DNA of 55,950 bases from Dehalococcoidia bacterium (GTDB lineage: Bacteria; Chloroflexota; Dehalococcoidia; GIF9; UBA5629), in assembly GCA_050011565.1 (NCBI GenBank), contig JBEKIW010000007.1, positions 1 to 55,950 on the forward strand. The letters run 5' to 3'. The position numbers and the translations under genes were made by a program. Positions 45,897-54,730 of the stretch are shown one piece after another; the stretch's first letter is position 1, and the number at the start of each line of letters is the position of its first letter. The notes under the pieces were generated by a model. It made no database searches. It saw only the letters and a list, made by a program, of their open reading frames with translations, and had not been told where the DNA came from.

Positions 45897-45906
45897 TTGC
45901 ATACAT

Positions 45907-47439
45907 CTAATGCTTGAAGTGGCGGATGCCGGTGAGCACCATAGCCATATTATATTTATCGGCGGCGGCGATTACCTCTTTATCTCTTACCGAGCCGCCG
46001 GTCTGGATTACGGCGGTTACTCCGCCTTCTCCTGCAACCTCGACGGTGTCAGGGAAGGGAATCATGGCATCGGAGGCGAGTACGCTGCCTTTGGCGGCCT
46101 TACCGGCTCGCTTCAAAGACAGCTCGACGCTGACTACCCGGTTAGGCTGGCCCGTGCCCATGCCGAGCAGTGTATTGTCTTTAGCCAGGACGATGCCATT
46201 CGACTTTATGTGTTTAACGGCTCTCCAGGCGAAGATAAGGTCGCGCATCTCTGTCTTGGTCGGCTCGCGCTTTGACACGGTCCTGGGCTTGAACTCTTCC
46301 TCGGTGTAATAATCCTGCTCTTGCACCAGGAAACCGCCGCTGATGGGACGGAGGTCGATGTTTCCGGTTTTACCTTGCTGTTTCAGCACCGGCAATGAGA
46401 GAAGGCGCAGATTCTTCTTACGCTTGAATATGTCGAAGGCTTCATCGCTATAGCCGGGGGCGATAATGCAGTCATAGTGAGTTTTGTCTATTTCAGCAGC
46501 CAGTGCCAGGTCTATGTGTCGATTGCAGGCAACGATGCCGCCGAAGGCGGATACCGGGTCGCCGGCGAGAGCCCGTTTATAGGCTTCAATCAGGTCTTTG
46601 TTGCTGCAAAGCCCGCAGGCATTGTTGTGCTTGATGATGGCTATGGTGGGGTCGGTGAAGTCGCAGGCGGTGCTCCAGGCAGCTTCTAAATCAAGGAAGT
46701 TATTGAAGGACAGCTCGGGCCCGCTGAGCAGTTTAACCGAGGTCATGCCCGGCGGCCTCTGGCCTACGAACTGTTCGGCGTATATGGCAGCTTTCTGGTG
46801 AGGATTCTCCCCGTAGCGCAGGTCGTAGAGCTTTCTCATGGCTATAGTCATATCCTGTGGGAAGTTTTCTTCGCCGCGGAGGTACTGGGCGATGGCGGTA
46901 TCATACATAGCCACATGCTGGAAGGCTTTTTGCGCCAGCTTTTTCCGCTCTTCCAGGCTCACTTTGCCCTGACGCAGCTTATCTAGAATGACGTCATAAT
47001 CTTCGGGGTCGACAATTACGAGTACAGACGGAAAGTTCTTGGCGGCGGCACGAATCATTGTCGGTCCACCTATGTCTATGTTCTCCAGTGCCTCCTCAAG
47101 TGAGACATTGGCCTTAGTCACCGTCTGGACAAAGGGGTAGAGGTTCACTACTACCATGTCTATGGGCTCGATTTTATTCTTAGTTAGCTCCGTCATATGC
47201 TGGGGCAGGTCTCGTCTGGCGAGTATGCCGCCGTGGACCATCGGGTGAAGCGTCTTCACCCGCCCATCCAGTATTTCGGGAAAACCGGTGATTTCCGAGA
47301 TGCTGTGGACGGTGATGTCCTCGGCTGAGATGGCCTTTTTAGTGCCGCCGGTGCTGTAGATTTCGACATTTAAATCTCTTAGCTTACGGACAAAATCGAC
47401 CAGACCTGTTTTGTTGGAAACGCTGACGATAGCGCGCAA
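45907..47439 (-). CDS. purH: Bifunctional AICAR transformylase/IMP cyclohydrolase
   Basis: Motifs STGGT, GRVKTLHP, IDIGGPTMIRAAAKN, LRYGENPHQ and TGIRHFKH. Confidence 0.98.
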   Translation of the reverse strand: MRAIVSVSNKTGLVDFVRKLRDLNVEIYSTGGTKKAISAEDITVHSISEITGFPEILDGRVKTLHPMVHGGILARRDLPQHMTELTKNKIEPIDMVVVNLYPFVQTVTKANVSLEEALENIDIGGPTMIRAAAKNFPSVLVIVDPEDYDVILDKLRQGKVSLEERKKLAQKAFQHVAMYDTAIAQYLRGEENFPQDMTIAMRKLYDLRYGENPHQKAAIYAEQFVGQRPPGMTSVKLLSGPELSFNNFLDLEAAWSTACDFTDPTIAIIKHNNACGLCSNKDLIEAYKRALAGDPVSAFGGIVACNRHIDLALAAEIDKTHYDCIIAPGYSDEAFDIFKRKKNLRLLSLPVLKQQGKTGNIDLRPISGGFLVQEQDYYTEEEFKPRTVSKREPTKTEMRDLIFAWRAVKHIKSNGIVLAKDNTLLGMGTGQPNRVVSVELSLKRAGKAAKGSVLASDAMIPFPDTVEVAGEGGVTAVIQTGGSVRDKEVIAAADKYNMAMVLTGIRHFKH

Positions 47440-47450
47440 GTTAGCCTCCT

Positions 47451-48476
47451 TTAAGTGATGGTTATTTTTTTGCTATCCGTGGATTTGATAACTTTACCAA
47501 TTTTCTGGGTTTCAGGCAAGGCTGTGGTGAGTTCAGCTACCCGCTGCGGTGAGCAAATAATTACCATGCCGATGCCCATGTTGAAGACCTGGTACATCTC
47601 GACCTCTTTTATTTTGCCTTGCTCCCGAATGAGTCTGAATACCGGTGGGACAGGCCAGGCATCTTTACTGATTTGTGCAGCCAGTCCCTGGGGCAGTATT
47701 CGGGGGACATTTCCTTCGAATCCTCCGCCGGTTATATGGGCCAGCCCTTTAACCAGCGGTAAAACCGGCTTCAATTCCGGATAGTAGCAGCGGTGCGGCT
47801 CGAGAAGCTCCTCTCCCAGAGTCCGCTTCAACTCGGGGTAAAAAACCTGCAGCGAAGAAGGGTCCCGGTCCACCTTGAAGACCTTACGCACCAGCGAGTA
47901 GCCGTTGGTGTGCAGTCCGCTGGAAGGCAGGCCAAGTATGATATCACCTGAAGCAATAGTATGACCGGTTATTATATTTTCTTTTTCCACCACGCCGATA
48001 ATAAAGCCGACTAAGTCATAGTCGTCAGACTGGTATATACCGGGCATTTCAGCCGTTTCACCGCCGATGAGCGCACAGCCGACGTTCTTACAGGCCCGGG
48101 CTATGCCTCCGACGATACTTTCTACTCTCCTGGGCAGGAGTTTACCCATGGCAATATAGTCGAGAAAGAAAAGTGGGCTGGCGCCACAGGTGAGTATGTC
48201 ATTAACGCAGTGGTTGACTAAATCAATGCCAATAGTATTGTGTTTTTTTAAAAACGAGGCGATTTTGAGCTTGGTGCCAACGCCGTCGACGCTGGAAACT
48301 AGTACCGGCTTGTTATAGCCCGTTATTTGGAACATGCCTCCGAAAAAACCGATATCCGTCAGCACTTCGGGTCTGGAGGTAGAATGGGCAAGTCGTTTAA
48401 TCAACTCTTTGGCTTTATCGGCAGCCTTGATATCAACGCCGGCCTGGGCATAAGCCTTACGAGCCACCGAGTTCAC
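47451..48476 (-). CDS. purM: Phosphoribosylformylglycinamidine cyclo-ligase (AIR synthetase)
   Basis: Motifs AGVDI, DGVGTK, GGETAEMPG, SSGLHTNGYSL, HITGGG and FNMGIG. Confidence 0.98.
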   Translation of the reverse strand: MNSVARKAYAQAGVDIKAADKAKELIKRLAHSTSRPEVLTDIGFFGGMFQITGYNKPVLVSSVDGVGTKLKIASFLKKHNTIGIDLVNHCVNDILTCGASPLFFLDYIAMGKLLPRRVESIVGGIARACKNVGCALIGGETAEMPGIYQSDDYDLVGFIIGVVEKENIITGHTIASGDIILGLPSSGLHTNGYSLVRKVFKVDRDPSSLQVFYPELKRTLGEELLEPHRCYYPELKPVLPLVKGLAHITGGGFEGNVPRILPQGLAAQISKDAWPVPPVFRLIREQGKIKEVEMYQVFNMGIGMVIICSPQRVAELTTALPETQKIGKVIKSTDSKKITIT

Positions 48477-49872
48477 TCAAACTCCCTGAAGGTATGACTT
48501 CTAGGGCCAGTTTGTCCATCTCCAGCTGCACCGGTATGGGGTAATCTCCGGTGAAGCAAGCCAGGCAGAACATGTCTTTAGGCAGACCTACCGCCTCGAT
48601 TAAGCCCTCGATGCTGATATAACCGAGTGAATCAGCGCCTATAGCCTCTCTGATTTCCGGTATGGTCTTTTGGGCAGCGATAAGCTCCCATCTGGTTGCC
48701 ATATCTACGCCGAAGAAACAGGGGTGGCGGATGGGTGGAGAGCAAATACGCAAATGGACCTCTTTAGCGCCGGCTTTCTTGAGCATGGCCACTACCTTAG
48801 GAGTGGTAGTGCCTCGGACGATGCTATCATCAACAACTATCAATCTTTTGCCTACGATAGTTTCAGCCAGTGGGTTAAACTTCAGCTTAACGCCGAGGTC
48901 TCTTAGTCTCTGGTCAGGCTCGATGAAGGTGCGACCTACATAACGGTTTTTAATTAGCCCTTCGCAGTAGGGGATGCCTGAAGCTACGGCATAGCCGATG
49001 CCGGCAGCGGTAGCGGAGTCAGGTACACCCATTACCAAATCGGCGTCAACGGGATATTCTCGAGCCAGTATTTTACCCATTGCCTGCCGGGCCGGATAAA
49101 GCAGCTTGCCCTGTATAACGCTGTCGGGACGGGCGAAGTAAATGTATTCGAAAATGCACAAAGCTTTTCGCGGGCTCTCCTCGGTAAAGCTCCTGACACC
49201 ACTCTTATTTATGACCACTATTTCGCCGGGTTCGATTTCCCTGATAAACGTGGCTCCAACGTGTCCCAGGGCACAGCTTTCCGAGGCAATTACCCAACCT
49301 CCATCGATAGTTCCAAGACAAAGCGGCCGCACTCCCATCGGGTCGCGAACGCCAATCAACTTGTCTTTGGTTAAAATTACCAGAGAATAGGCACCTTGCA
49401 GCCGGCGCATAGCATATCTTATCTTATCTACGTGGTTCTTTTCCGTAGAGGACATAACAAGATTGGCGATTATTTCGGAGTCCGTGGTGGTGGCAAAGGT
49501 GTATCCCTGCTGGCAAAGCTCGTCGCTGAGGAATTTGGCATTGACTATGTTGCCGTTATGGGCTAAAGCTATTGCAGTGGAGTTAGCTTCAATTAATATG
49601 GGTTGGGCGTTGCAGGCACGGCTGGAGCCGGTGGTGGAATACCTGGTGTGACCTATAGCGATATGACCGTGGAGTTGGGCCAGTTCATCCTCGGTGAAAG
49701 CCTGGGAAACCAGCCCCATCGAGGTGTGAAGGTAGATTTTCTTCCCGTCGGCGGTGGCGATGCCGGCGCTTTCCTGTCCACGATGCTGTAGTGCGTATAG
49801 GCCGAAGAATGTAATTCGGGCGACATCTACGCCGGGAGCATAGATGCCGAAAACACCGCAGCTCTCATGCAT
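48457..49872 (-). CDS. purF: Amidophosphoribosyltransferase
   Basis: Motifs CGVFG, LQHRGQESAG, GHTRYSTTG, CIFEYIYFARPDS and VDDSIVRGTT. Confidence 0.98.
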   Translation of the reverse strand: MHESCGVFGIYAPGVDVARITFFGLYALQHRGQESAGIATADGKKIYLHTSMGLVSQAFTEDELAQLHGHIAIGHTRYSTTGSSRACNAQPILIEANSTAIALAHNGNIVNAKFLSDELCQQGYTFATTTDSEIIANLVMSSTEKNHVDKIRYAMRRLQGAYSLVILTKDKLIGVRDPMGVRPLCLGTIDGGWVIASESCALGHVGATFIREIEPGEIVVINKSGVRSFTEESPRKALCIFEYIYFARPDSVIQGKLLYPARQAMGKILAREYPVDADLVMGVPDSATAAGIGYAVASGIPYCEGLIKNRYVGRTFIEPDQRLRDLGVKLKFNPLAETIVGKRLIVVDDSIVRGTTTPKVVAMLKKAGAKEVHLRICSPPIRHPCFFGVDMATRWELIAAQKTIPEIREAIGADSLGYISIEGLIEAVGLPKDMFCLACFTGDYPIPVQLEMDKLALEVIPSGSLSELGGS

Positions 49873-49908
49873 AGTTATATTTACGTCCTAGTAATTATAA
49901 GCTTTTTG

Positions 49909-50682
49909 CTATGCAGAGGTCAATTTTGCCGTTGCCGTGAGCCAATCCAAAGCGGTGTTTACGGCTTTTTCTTCTAAGCGCAGCCTGTGACCGGCGCCGG
50001 GTATTATTAACAGTTTTTTAGGTTCGCCGGCTTTTTCAAAAAGCTTGTGGGCGTGCTCCACGGGCACCAGGTCGTCTTTATCGCCGTGAATCAGGAGCAG
50101 GGGACGGGGTGAGATTTTATCAATCCAGCGAAGCGGGGAGACTGTCTTGAAGCCATCAAGCCATTTGTCCACTGAAGGCGGGAAGTCGACATCTCTGATT
50201 ACTCCGATGCTGCGGAAGTGGTCGATGGTAGCCCTGGCGCTTTGTTTATCGGCCAGGAAGCTGAATTCAGCCGGGCAGGCGAGAGTGACCAGTGAAGATA
50301 TTCTCGGCTCATTGGCGGCGACATAAACGCTCACAGCGGCGCCGGCGCTGGAGCCGAGTAGACAGAGGCGAGACTTATCGACTTCTTCCAGGCTGGACAA
50401 ATAATCGATGGCAGCCATTAAGTCTCGTGTCCAGCCCAGCATATCGAGGTTGCCCTGAGCTTGACCGGCTCCACGGAAATTGAAAATCAGTGCGATAAAA
50501 CCGGCAGAGCAGAATTTTTCCGCCAGTCCGGGATAGCCTGAGTCATCGCTTGAGGCGGGTTGTCCCGACGGAATACCGTGACAGAGGCACAGTGCCGGGA
50601 TTGGCTTATCGATTGTCTCGGGGAAGTAGACCTCACCGGGAAGGTTAAGGTTATCTACTTTCAGAGTGAAGTTTCTTTTCAT
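49909..50682 (-). CDS. Alpha/beta-fold hydrolase
   Basis: Motifs LCHG, FNFRGAG, GSSAG nucleophile, IHGDKDDLVP and GAGH. The alternative ATG at 50697 lies inside a repeat end. Confidence 0.9.
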   Translation of the reverse strand: MKRNFTLKVDNLNLPGEVYFPETIDKPIPALCLCHGIPSGQPASSDDSGYPGLAEKFCSAGFIALIFNFRGAGQAQGNLDMLGWTRDLMAAIDYLSSLEEVDKSRLCLLGSSAGAAVSVYVAANEPRISSLVTLACPAEFSFLADKQSARATIDHFRSIGVIRDVDFPPSVDKWLDGFKTVSPLRWIDKISPRPLLLIHGDKDDLVPVEHAHKLFEKAGEPKKLLIIPGAGHRLRLEEKAVNTALDWLTATAKLTSA

Positions 50683-50691
50683 GTTTTCTTC

Positions 50692-50757
50692 TGTCATTGC
50701 GAGCGAAGCGTGGCAATCTCTGCGGTTGCTCCGGATCTTATGCCCCGCGCAATGACA
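50692..50757. repeat. TGTCATTGCG...CGCAATGACA palindromic element
   Basis: Perfect 10-bp terminal inverted repeat enclosing AGCGAAGCGTGGCAATCTC. Confidence 0.78.
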
Positions 50758-50778
50758 AATAAATGCTTTCTTTTCATG

Positions 50779-51513
50779 TCATTTAGTTTGGCTAGGAGTC
50801 AGAAGTACCAGAAATTCTTTATTTCCCTCGGCGCCTAAGATGGGCGAGGCAACCAACTCGCGCAGCCTCAAATTATTTTCGGTAGCCCAGACGATAAAGC
50901 GACCGAGGACGAGGGCGTGAACCTGGGGGTCTTTGATTATGCCGCCCTTGCCCACTTCTTTTCTCCTGGCTTCGAACTGAGGCTTGAACAGAACGATTAT
51001 GTATCCAGGTTGTGTAAGGTGGTCGATGACATTGGGGATTACCTGAGTCACCGAGATGAAGGACAGGTCCATGGTGGCTATATTGACCTTTTCCGGTAGA
51101 GAGAAGGGGTGATGGGCATTGACCCTCTCCATGACCACCACTCTGGGGTCTTGCCTCAGCTTGTAGTCGAGCTGGCCGTAGCCGACGTCAATGGCGTAGA
51201 CACGTTTGGCACCATGCTGGAGCAGGCAGTCGGTGAAGCCTCCCGTAGAGGCACCGACATCCATAGCCGCCAGGGAGGTGACATCGAGCTTGAACTCATC
51301 GAGGGCATGAGCCAGCTTAATGCCGCCGCGGCTGACGTAGGGCAATTTCTCAGCTAGCTTGAGTTCAGCGCCTTCATCAACCAGAGTACCCGGCTTGGTG
51401 ATTATTTTACCCGATACGGTAACCTCGCCGGCCATAATCAGAGCCTGTGCCAGTTTCTGGTTTTCAGCGAGCTCTCTGGTCACCAGCAGATTGTCCAGTC
51501 GCTTTTTTGACAC
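50779..51513 (-). CDS. tlyA: TlyA family rRNA (cytidine-2'-O)-methyltransferase
   Basis: S4 domain (KKRLD.LLV), YVSRGG.KL, DVGASTGGFTD.LLQ, KPQFE and SPILG.EGN.EF. True start GTG 51513; the track's N-terminal extension overlaps a divergent gene. Confidence 0.95.
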   Translation of the reverse strand: MSKKRLDNLLVTRELAENQKLAQALIMAGEVTVSGKIITKPGTLVDEGAELKLAEKLPYVSRGGIKLAHALDEFKLDVTSLAAMDVGASTGGFTDCLLQHGAKRVYAIDVGYGQLDYKLRQDPRVVVMERVNAHHPFSLPEKVNIATMDLSFISVTQVIPNVIDHLTQPGYIIVLFKPQFEARRKEVGKGGIIKDPQVHALVLGRFIVWATENNLRLRELVASPILGAEGNKEFLVLLTPSQTK

Positions 51514-51548
51514 AGGCTGATTATAGATAAGAGACCACAGGCTTTCAA
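51514..51548 (-). promoter_or_regulatory. Promoter giving a leaderless tlyA mRNA
   Basis: TTGAAA-17-TATAAT-6 nt-GTG with no SD. Confidence 0.7.
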
Positions 51549-51667
51549 CAGGTTCGTTGCTTCGGAGGTAATAAAACGGGCTATTGCTCCTAGTATTGGG
51601 AAATGTACAGGTAACATAAACTTTTAATAATAATCCATCGTTTATAACTGAAAAAGGGGGTATGTAA

Positions 51668-51808
51668 ATGCAAGCATATTGTATGACATGCCGCACCAAA
51701 AGGGAGATGAGCCATCCGAAGACTATTAAAACGGAAAATGGTAAGCCAGCTATAAAAGGCAGTTGCCCCAAGTGTGGGACCAAAATGTACCGGATAGCCC
51801 AGAGCTAA
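51668..51808 (+). CDS. DUF5679-type small zinc-ribbon protein (46 aa), not in the ORF track
   Basis: MQAYCMTCRTKREMSHPKTIKTENGKPAIKGSCPKCGTKMYRIAQS with two CxxC motifs; G-rich SD upstream. Confidence 0.85.
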   Translation: MQAYCMTCRTKREMSHPKTIKTENGKPAIKGSCPKCGTKMYRIAQS

Positions 51809-51832
51809 ATATGGCAAGAACCAGAAAAAATT

Positions 51833-51870
51833 GAAGCCGGGTATCTTTAACGTATCCAGCTTCTTGTTTG
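51833..51870 (+). terminator. Probable terminator
   Basis: Imperfect hairpin GAAGCCGGGTA...TATCCAGCTTC followed by TTGTTT. Confidence 0.5.
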
Positions 51871-52015
51871 TGAATTATTAATTAAGGACAATTGTTGCCG
51901 AGAGACCTTATCCATCGTTACATCCGCCAATGGCATAGAACCAAAGTTGTCGTTATCTGGAAATCGCCGTAGATTCCGGGATGGGTTGCCTTCCGAGCTG
52001 TTCTTGTGGAGTCGA

Positions 52016-52930
52016 TTAGCTCACACGGTGGGAAGCGCTTTTCCGTCGGAAGTCAATGAGGTCACCACGCCTGTATCTGCGGTCGCCTCTCGTCCCCATA
52101 CGGTAACATGGCAGCATACGCTGGTCACTCCAGCGTCTTAGTGTGTTCACGTGTAGATTAAGAAGCTTGGAAGCTTTAGAAATTGGCAGCATTTGATCGT
52201 CGGGTGAAACCTTCTTATTGCCGACAGCTCGACCCCTAAATATCTGCCTCACCCGCTCACGGGTGAGTCCTAATTTGCGCCCAATTTCGGCATAGCTCGA
52301 CCCGTTTCTCCTCAATTCATTCAGCCACTTGTGTCCGGTGTTGTCGATGAGCTCCCAATTTGCTTCGCGCCGAAGAAGGATGAACCGATGGTTGCTGAAT
52401 ATATCGACAAGTTCGAGCACCGCGCACCGGTCAAGTGAATAAGCGCAGATGGCGATAATCTTGTGCCTTCTGATGACACTATCCGCCACCGATTCATAGC
52501 TGATCAGGTTGTGCCAATCCCTCCGCTGAAGGTCGAATGTGTGAGCACAAACACGAAGCCCATTGAAGCCTTTCCCTAAAGCTAGGTCCTCCTTTTTCAA
52601 CCAGGACTGGAGCATAACGCCGGCATCGAATTTACCTGCTCTGGTGTACCACTCCCTCTGGTCTAATATCTTAATGTGACTCTTTTTTATATAATTGTCC
52701 AGATGCTCCACCGCTTTACTTAAGGCCGCTGTTGCCTCGTGGACTTTCAGCGGCTCAGACGTAATCCACATGCAAAGTTCATTATTTTCCAATCCGGCTT
52801 TGAAATAGGGCACCAGAACATCTATAAGATCCTGTTTGGTGTGGTATAACTGGCAGACATGGGTTCCCCAAGTGATATCGTTGACGATATTTCTGCCGGC
52901 TCCAGCCTTATTTGCCAATGCTCCTACCAT
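52016..52930 (-). CDS. MEDS (DcmR-type) sensory domain fused to two HTH domains
   Basis: MEDS motifs WGTHVCQLY, PYFKAGLENNE.C.WI, GLRV and ICAYS; then SYAEIGRKLGLTRERVRQ (HTH) and ISKASKLLNLHVNTLRRW...RGDRRY (MerR/excisionase-like HTH). Confidence 0.85.
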   Translation of the reverse strand: MVGALANKAGAGRNIVNDITWGTHVCQLYHTKQDLIDVLVPYFKAGLENNELCMWITSEPLKVHEATAALSKAVEHLDNYIKKSHIKILDQREWYTRAGKFDAGVMLQSWLKKEDLALGKGFNGLRVCAHTFDLQRRDWHNLISYESVADSVIRRHKIIAICAYSLDRCAVLELVDIFSNHRFILLRREANWELIDNTGHKWLNELRRNGSSYAEIGRKLGLTRERVRQIFRGRAVGNKKVSPDDQMLPISKASKLLNLHVNTLRRWSDQRMLPCYRMGTRGDRRYRRGDLIDFRRKSASHRVS

Positions 52931-52952
52931 AGTGCGATATTTATCCTAGAGG

Positions 52953-54635
52953 TTAGTAGCCGCTGAACCGCCTCAATCTCATAAGCATCCATATGCCTAG
53001 CGACAGGATTACGGCAGCAATAATGCCACCGATAAGCCACCAGTGGATTTGAGACGGCTTCGCCGCCGGAGTTACTTCAAATTCACCATTTAGGCCAGCT
53101 ACTTCTACCTGGTGTTTGCCAACAGAATCTCCAGTTGTAGTGAAGTTCACTGCTTGGCTTGCCCCGGCAGCAATAGTCACCTGCTTTGTTGATTTTGTCG
53201 TGCCATCGACTTTGAGCTCCAGACTGTATTTTCCACTTGTGCCGCCCGTGTTGGCCACGTTTACGCTAAAGGTAATTTCCTGATTGAGCCCAGCCTGGGT
53301 TGGGCTGATAGATAGGTTGTTTGTCTCAAACTTAGCTGGCGTAGATGCCGGCTCTGCCAGCTTAGCTAAGACCGCGAAAAGCGAGAAGTGACCTACAATG
53401 CCATTCGCTTTGCCGGCCTCGGAGACAACCCCTGGTGTCTGTGCCAGCGCCAGCCAGCCTTTTTGGGTATCATAATTGGCAATGAACACTTCGGCAGCGT
53501 TTTCGGGTAGCTTATCAGGGTCATAACTTAAAATCAGTCTGGCTGGTGGCGAGATGGTGATAGGAGATGGCGTTGTCGCGGATGTAGAAGAATAGGCGTT
53601 GAGCTCGTAGACCGGGCTGACTATGACAGTGTTTTCTGGGGTTGGCGGTGTGGCAGATGACTCGCTGAATCTCAGTATCAGTGGTACTATGTTGCCGGCG
53701 AGCATTACCTTGGTGTCCTTGTCTATTTCGAGCGTGTGTTTGTTTGCTGTGTCCTTTGCCAGGCAGGTTTCACACAATAACCCACCCTTGGTCATTGAGA
53801 CTGCGGTTATGTTGCCCTGCATGTCTACAGCCAGCGTTACCGGGCAGGCAGTGTATGCTGCAGGTAGGCCTCCGAAACCGCCACCTCCACCGCCACCTCC
53901 GCCTATGGGAGGTATAGTTGGCAGTTCCAGTCTCACTGCATCAATCAATAAGCCAGAGTCAAAAAAACGGTCTTCTTGATCGGCAACAGTAAACTCCAAG
54001 GTATAGTTACCAGGGGCGACTATGGTGTAAGAGAATACTATAAAACCACAGGCGCCACCATCAAAGGCGGAGCCGTCGGTTAGCCCGTAGCTAATCACTG
54101 TGTAGTTAATTTCGTCCAGAGGTGGAACATCAGGAAAGGGAGACTGATAATTCGGAGCATCAGGAACACTGCCGGTAAGAATTTTGGACCCATTTAAATT
54201 CACCATGAAGAAATCATCATGTCCGCCGACTTCAGCACTTAAGAAATTCCATCTGAAGCTCAGAGTAGCCGGCACCTGGTTCGGTAATAAAGTAAAGGTC
54301 TGCCACAAGGCAGCAGTGTCATTATCAGGGAACGTATTACCATCCAAGTCAGGGCCAAGAGCCAGACTTACCTCACCGTGACCGGTAGACAATAAAGCGA
54401 AATATCTGCCTTCAGGAGCAGCTATCTCAGGTTCAAAGCTATCGGCACTGAGAGCTTCAACATTGGCGCCCAAGCCGGCAACAGTCCACCCGGACAAATC
54501 CCCGGTTTCAAAGCCGCCATTTACTATTGGGTCAGCACTGGCATTTACCTTTTTCAATGATGCCGGCCCAGCAGACAGAGATATGGTTACGGCTATTATC
54601 GCCAGGAACGAGAAGAGCTTGATTATTTTTGCCAC
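52953..54635 (-). CDS. Secreted, C-terminally anchored surface protein with a CARDB domain
   Basis: Signal peptide, NGGFETGDLSGW carbohydrate-binding-like domain, poly-Gly linker, HFSLFAV, CARDB (V.NTGG.SG.Y...LKVDG), and a C-terminal TM helix followed by RLRR. Confidence 0.85.
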   Translation of the reverse strand: MAKIIKLFSFLAIIAVTISLSAGPASLKKVNASADPIVNGGFETGDLSGWTVAGLGANVEALSADSFEPEIAAPEGRYFALLSTGHGEVSLALGPDLDGNTFPDNDTAALWQTFTLLPNQVPATLSFRWNFLSAEVGGHDDFFMVNLNGSKILTGSVPDAPNYQSPFPDVPPLDEINYTVISYGLTDGSAFDGGACGFIVFSYTIVAPGNYTLEFTVADQEDRFFDSGLLIDAVRLELPTIPPIGGGGGGGGGFGGLPAAYTACPVTLAVDMQGNITAVSMTKGGLLCETCLAKDTANKHTLEIDKDTKVMLAGNIVPLILRFSESSATPPTPENTVIVSPVYELNAYSSTSATTPSPITISPPARLILSYDPDKLPENAAEVFIANYDTQKGWLALAQTPGVVSEAGKANGIVGHFSLFAVLAKLAEPASTPAKFETNNLSISPTQAGLNQEITFSVNVANTGGTSGKYSLELKVDGTTKSTKQVTIAAGASQAVNFTTTGDSVGKHQVEVAGLNGEFEVTPAAKPSQIHWWLIGGIIAAVILSLGIWMLMRLRRFSGY

Positions 54636-54730
54636 TTATTGCCTCTCAAAAGCTCCCAGCACATCAACATCCGAAATCCTACCGGCTCGAATAAACCGCC
54701 TCGTTGCACTGTACTACACAGGTGCTGTCA

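Noticed and set aside
45811-46275. ORF starting MAFPPPSNSLPPGEGG
   Set aside because: It is a translation of the CCCTC repeat running antisense into purH.
51514-51783. 90-aa N-terminal extension of TlyA in the ORF track
   Set aside because: It overlaps the tlyA promoter and the divergent zinc-ribbon gene; homology begins at GTG 51513.
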